Shown here one piece after another: positions 60,482 through 64,000 of a DNA stretch of 64,000 bases. The DNA is taken from the IMG/VR virus record IMGVR_UViG_3300028591_000146, positions 1 through 64,000 of that record, one strand, 5' to 3'. Within the stretch, counting starts at the first letter, position 1. Every line of letters begins with the position of its first letter. The stretch is from a virus. Lineage: Duplodnaviria > Caudoviricetes. A program made the translations under genes and the position numbers. A model generated the notes under the pieces. The model was given only the letters and a program-made list of their open reading frames with translations. It did not search any database and was not told the DNA's origin.

Positions 60482-63271
60482 ATGATAGACTACATTATCG
60501 ACAACGATGACAACCCAATGATGGATATCAAGATTAACCTTGGTACTGATAAGCCATTATATAAGTATGTCATCAAAGCTCTCAAGTCATTGGAGATAAT
60601 CAATCTCTTAAGATTGTATCCAATCAAAGAAGCACCAATCAACACATATCCGTTTCTGTATGTAGGTAACTTCAAATGGAACCCACACCCTCATCCATCA
60701 GAGTTACAGACCAGACGTAGAGAAACAGGTACAAAGATCCAGACTAAAAGTATTGCTGATATCCGAGTTGGCTTACTCGACTTTGATATAGTCTGGGGTG
60801 CAAGGGATAAGAACAAATGTCTTGAAAAACACATCGACCATAATGTTATCATGGTTCCTATTGCAGATGAACATGGACGTTATATGCTGGACAACATTTT
60901 GTATGCTGAATGGCAGTTGGTTGATAAATTCCTGTATCCATCCGGTAAGAACTCAGTAACACTTAAATCATTACTTCCGATTGTGGTTCGGCGTTCTGAG
61001 CATGACCTTGTATCAATGGATGGATATGCTATTACCTGTACCAAGGTAATGGATGTAATGATATTCAAAACATACGAACCAATCATATCATGTTTCATGC
61101 ATATCACATCTCCACTGTCATTCCTTGGAGTATATCCAATCGTACAGTTTACAGATACGATCATCAATGATAAGATGGACTATGAATATTATCAGCCGAA
61201 TCCGGATGTTGAGGTATATATCAAAGCATATCGTAAAGGTCTGGAAGAATTCGAATATGTTCGTTCCATTGTATACATGCTCGTATCACTGATAAAGGAA
61301 TATGAACCTAAGAATCTTGATGAACTCACAGATCCATCATGGTGGGTATATCAGCTTTCATATTATCCGAATAATGAAATCGAACATCGTGGTGCATGTA
61401 ATGTAATGCATGTAGCAAGAATGCTTGACACAATATCAGCGTGGGAACTTCCGATACCTGCATCTGATAAAAGTCATATGGTTTCATTGTTAAGATATGT
61501 ACTTCAGACTGAGTTCACAGATATCAATATCTATTCATTCGAAAATAAACGTATCAGATTAAACGAAGTCGTTTCTACAATAGTGACTGCTAGAGTATCA
61601 GACAATCTCAAACGTTTATTCAGATATGGAATACTTGCAAAGACAAAAGATGCTGAAGCTAGTATGAAGTTTGCTCCGAATCTCATCATATCAAAGATTC
61701 ATTCACTTGGCACTATTCATACAACAGACTTCACAAATGACATGGACTTCTATCAGTCTATGAAGCTCACGAGAAAAGGTCAATTAGCGGCCTGACATCT
61801 CATATATGCGGGAACGTCTCGTGCTACGTGAGGGAAGAACGAGAGGCGACTTATAGTTTACGAACAGAATAAGCGTTGGGTAAAGCTTTAACTACCAAAT
61901 GTCGAATGGTAATGCTGTAGACTTCCGAAAGGTATGGTAATAAGGTTAAAGATATATCCTCAATCCGCAGGGAATCTTCTATCCAATTATAATATGAGGA
62001 GGTGATAATATGACAGATTTCAAAACGATAATCATCGATGGATGTGAAACAAATTATACCGTTGACACGTCTGGTAGAATCTATAGTGGTTTTAGAAAAA
62101 GATTTTTAAAACCATATCCAAATAAAAATGGATATTTACTTATAGATATTAATCACTGTGGCAAAGTGTATACACGTCAAGTACATAGACTTGTTGCTAA
62201 GGCATTTATTCCAAATCCACTACATCTTGAAACGGTTAATCACAAAAATGGAAATAAAACTGATAATTCAGTTACCAATTTGGAATGGATGACTATAAAA
62301 GATAATGTAAGACATGCATGGAAAACAGGATTAGCAAAACCTAGATGTGGGGAACTTAATCCTGCAAATGTATATCCAGAACAACTGATTCATTTGGTTT
62401 GTCAGTTAATCGAAGAACGATATTATTCAAATAAAGAAATAGCTGAGATGTGTGGTGTGAACGTCACACTTATCCGTGATATAAAATTTCGTGGTAAATG
62501 GAAACAGGTATCATCATTATATGATATACCACATGTACCAAAATATTATGAACATACTAAACATCGAGATTTCATAGATAAATGCATTTCTAATGGAATG
62601 AGTAATATTGATATACTAATCGAACTTAATCCAACCGATGAATCACGTCATTCATTTCATAGGTATATTCAAAGACGACGTGATATTTATAATCATGATA
62701 GAAGAACCCTCAACGACTATCCCAGCGATGGGAGTACACTCGCAAGCTAATGGTGGGTGGATACGAGATGCATATGATTGTCGGGATGATAAGCATATGA
62801 AGATATAGTCTGCTCTTTAGGGAAATCCTAAAGAAGTTCATAAGAGAACTGCGTGAAGTTGCGACTCACGTGAACACAAGGCCTAATTCGCTTGGCAATA
62901 CTGATGCTCACAAGATAGGATTCTCACATAAACAACTCAACCCAAGTCAGATTGGAAAGATAGATTTGTTTGAATCTGTTAAGGATGTTGGACAAACATC
63001 GATGCTTTCACCATATGCAGATCTCTCAGATTTCAGAAAGTATGACAGAGATAAATATCCGAACATTAAGTATGACTTATATAAATTCATCAAGACTGAA
63101 TTTGATGAGATTGTATCGGTTGAATTCAATTGTTCATCTATCGAAGAATACAATGATATTATTGATAAACTTTGTCATGAATCAATAATTACACTTGATC
63201 ACTTCATTCCTGATCTGATAAATAATTCAGAATTCTTCAACTTTATCAAAAATAGTAAAGGAGGATTCTAA
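60482..63271 (+). CDS. RNA polymerase beta subunit N-terminal part, spliced: join(60482..61780,62882..63271), 562 aa
   Basis: Splicing gives LTRKG-PNSLG (beta GPGGL region) followed by NPSQIGKID..DVGQ (HPSHYGRIC..NIGL-like); PIADEHGRYMLD..QLVD. Confidence 0.8.
61781..62881 (+). mobile_element. Group I intron in RNAP beta-N gene
   Basis: P1 exon AGGU with GCCU; P10 AATTAG with 3' exon CTAATT; core ATATGCGGGAA, AATCCGCAG, CTCAACGACTA, AAGATATAGTC; terminal G 62881. Confidence 0.9.
62010..62750 (+). CDS. Intron-encoded HNH homing endonuclease
   Basis: VHRLVAKAFIPNP, VNHKNGNKTDNSVTNLEW, HTH-like SNKEIAEMCGV; reads into intron core (LNDYP). Confidence 0.9.
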   Translation: MTDFKTIIIDGCETNYTVDTSGRIYSGFRKRFLKPYPNKNGYLLIDINHCGKVYTRQVHRLVAKAFIPNPLHLETVNHKNGNKTDNSVTNLEWMTIKDNVRHAWKTGLAKPRCGELNPANVYPEQLIHLVCQLIEERYYSNKEIAEMCGVNVTLIRDIKFRGKWKQVSSLYDIPHVPKYYEHTKHRDFIDKCISNGMSNIDILIELNPTDESRHSFHRYIQRRRDIYNHDRRTLNDYPSDGSTLAS

Positions 63272-63819
63272 TGAACCCACGCATATACTATACGTTGATG
63301 TATGGTACAATCAACAAGGATCTCAGAGTCGACTTTTGTTTTACTTACGACAAAGATCCAGAAAGTAAATTCAGAACCGTCAAAGAGAATGATGAAAAAC
63401 AAACAGTCTATATCAGACCGAGTTATTCGGTAACAATCTCAGAAGGATTTGATAAACCTAGACTGTTTATTCCAGGTGCTCATCTTCCATATGTCACTGA
63501 TATAATATCTAAGACTTTGAAAGCGGTATCAAAACATATGATGGAATTATATCCTAAGATAGGAAACCCAGAATTTGATGTTGATATCGTCGCACTTGAA
63601 ACATTCACAAAAGAACATGTGGTATCTGTTAATGGATACAATGCAGTGCCATGTATTTATGTTACTAGAGAGAATGAATGCAAACCTGCTATCAGAGTTA
63701 ACAATCCTAAAGGTGAATCTATTAAGTTACCACTTACGGATGCTATCATCATATCAAGAAAGTTTGAGACACTTGATCCAGATACATTCGGACTTACATT
63801 ATTTAATATGATACGATAA
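63271..63819 (+). CDS. Hypothetical protein coupled to RNAP beta-N gene
   Basis: 182 aa, TAATG overlap, SD AAGGAGG. Confidence 0.8.
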   Translation: MNPRIYYTLMYGTINKDLRVDFCFTYDKDPESKFRTVKENDEKQTVYIRPSYSVTISEGFDKPRLFIPGAHLPYVTDIISKTLKAVSKHMMELYPKIGNPEFDVDIVALETFTKEHVVSVNGYNAVPCIYVTRENECKPAIRVNNPKGESIKLPLTDAIIISRKFETLDPDTFGLTLFNMIR

Positions 63820-63820
63820 A

Positions 63821-63859
63821 TCTGGAATTCTAAAATTCCATATTTATATTATTTAAGTG
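63821..63859 (+). promoter_or_regulatory. Early-type promoter
   Basis: TCTGGAATTCTAAAATTCCATATTTATATTATT, matching extended copies at 46856 and 41225. Confidence 0.6.
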
Positions 63860-64000
63860 GATATGCAATAGTGTATTCAAAGAATCCGGTTTAAACACTA
63901 TCAGAAATCTGTACCGGATTCATCCCTCCGTGGTAATTGGTCATGCCTCGGAAGGATGGTACATAAAAACAGCGGGACCTCGAGTAACCTGTTAAATGGA

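Noticed and set aside
1718-63811. Many 60-160 aa ORFs overlapping long genes
   Set aside because: Antisense or off-frame shadows with no SD and atypical composition
1-64000. tRNA, rRNA, reverse transcriptase/DGR, inteins, cas genes
   Set aside because: No cloverleaf, YxDD RT, TR/VR pair, intein termini or cas motifs seen by eye

Overview
AT-rich (roughly one-third GC by eye), standard-code segment of a phiKZ/AR9(PBS1)-like jumbo myophage. Strong AAGGAGG Shine-Dalgarno (SD) sites suggest a Bacillota host (inference). It carries split multisubunit RNA polymerase genes (beta-N, beta-C and a beta' fragment with NGDYDGD), terminase, probable portal, tail sheath/tube and baseplate genes, primase, a DnaB-like helicase, an SF2 helicase, an SbcC/Rad50 ATPase, a GroEL-like chaperonin, a tubulin/FtsZ-family GTPase and a protein-kinase-like gene. 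Two HNH-encoding group I introns interrupt the DnaB-like and RNAP beta-N genes, and their splice junctions can be read from the sequence. Two promoter classes are visible: early-type ATATWTATATNATT and late-type AC-N7-TAA. Most novel signals: (1) a twice-occurring, covarying, pseudoknotted leader RNA that separates a perfect SD from its start codon by 74-77 extra nt, whose removal between TAC repeats recreates AAGGAGGATATACCATG; (2) several Q/N/Y/P prion-like proteins sharing an SRR motif, one next to the kinase, in a tubulin-encoding phage with no recognisable chimallin in this window; (3) self-contained early gene cassettes sharing a promoter and a 19-nt leader hairpin. All protein calls come from motif recognition by eye; no database searches were run.
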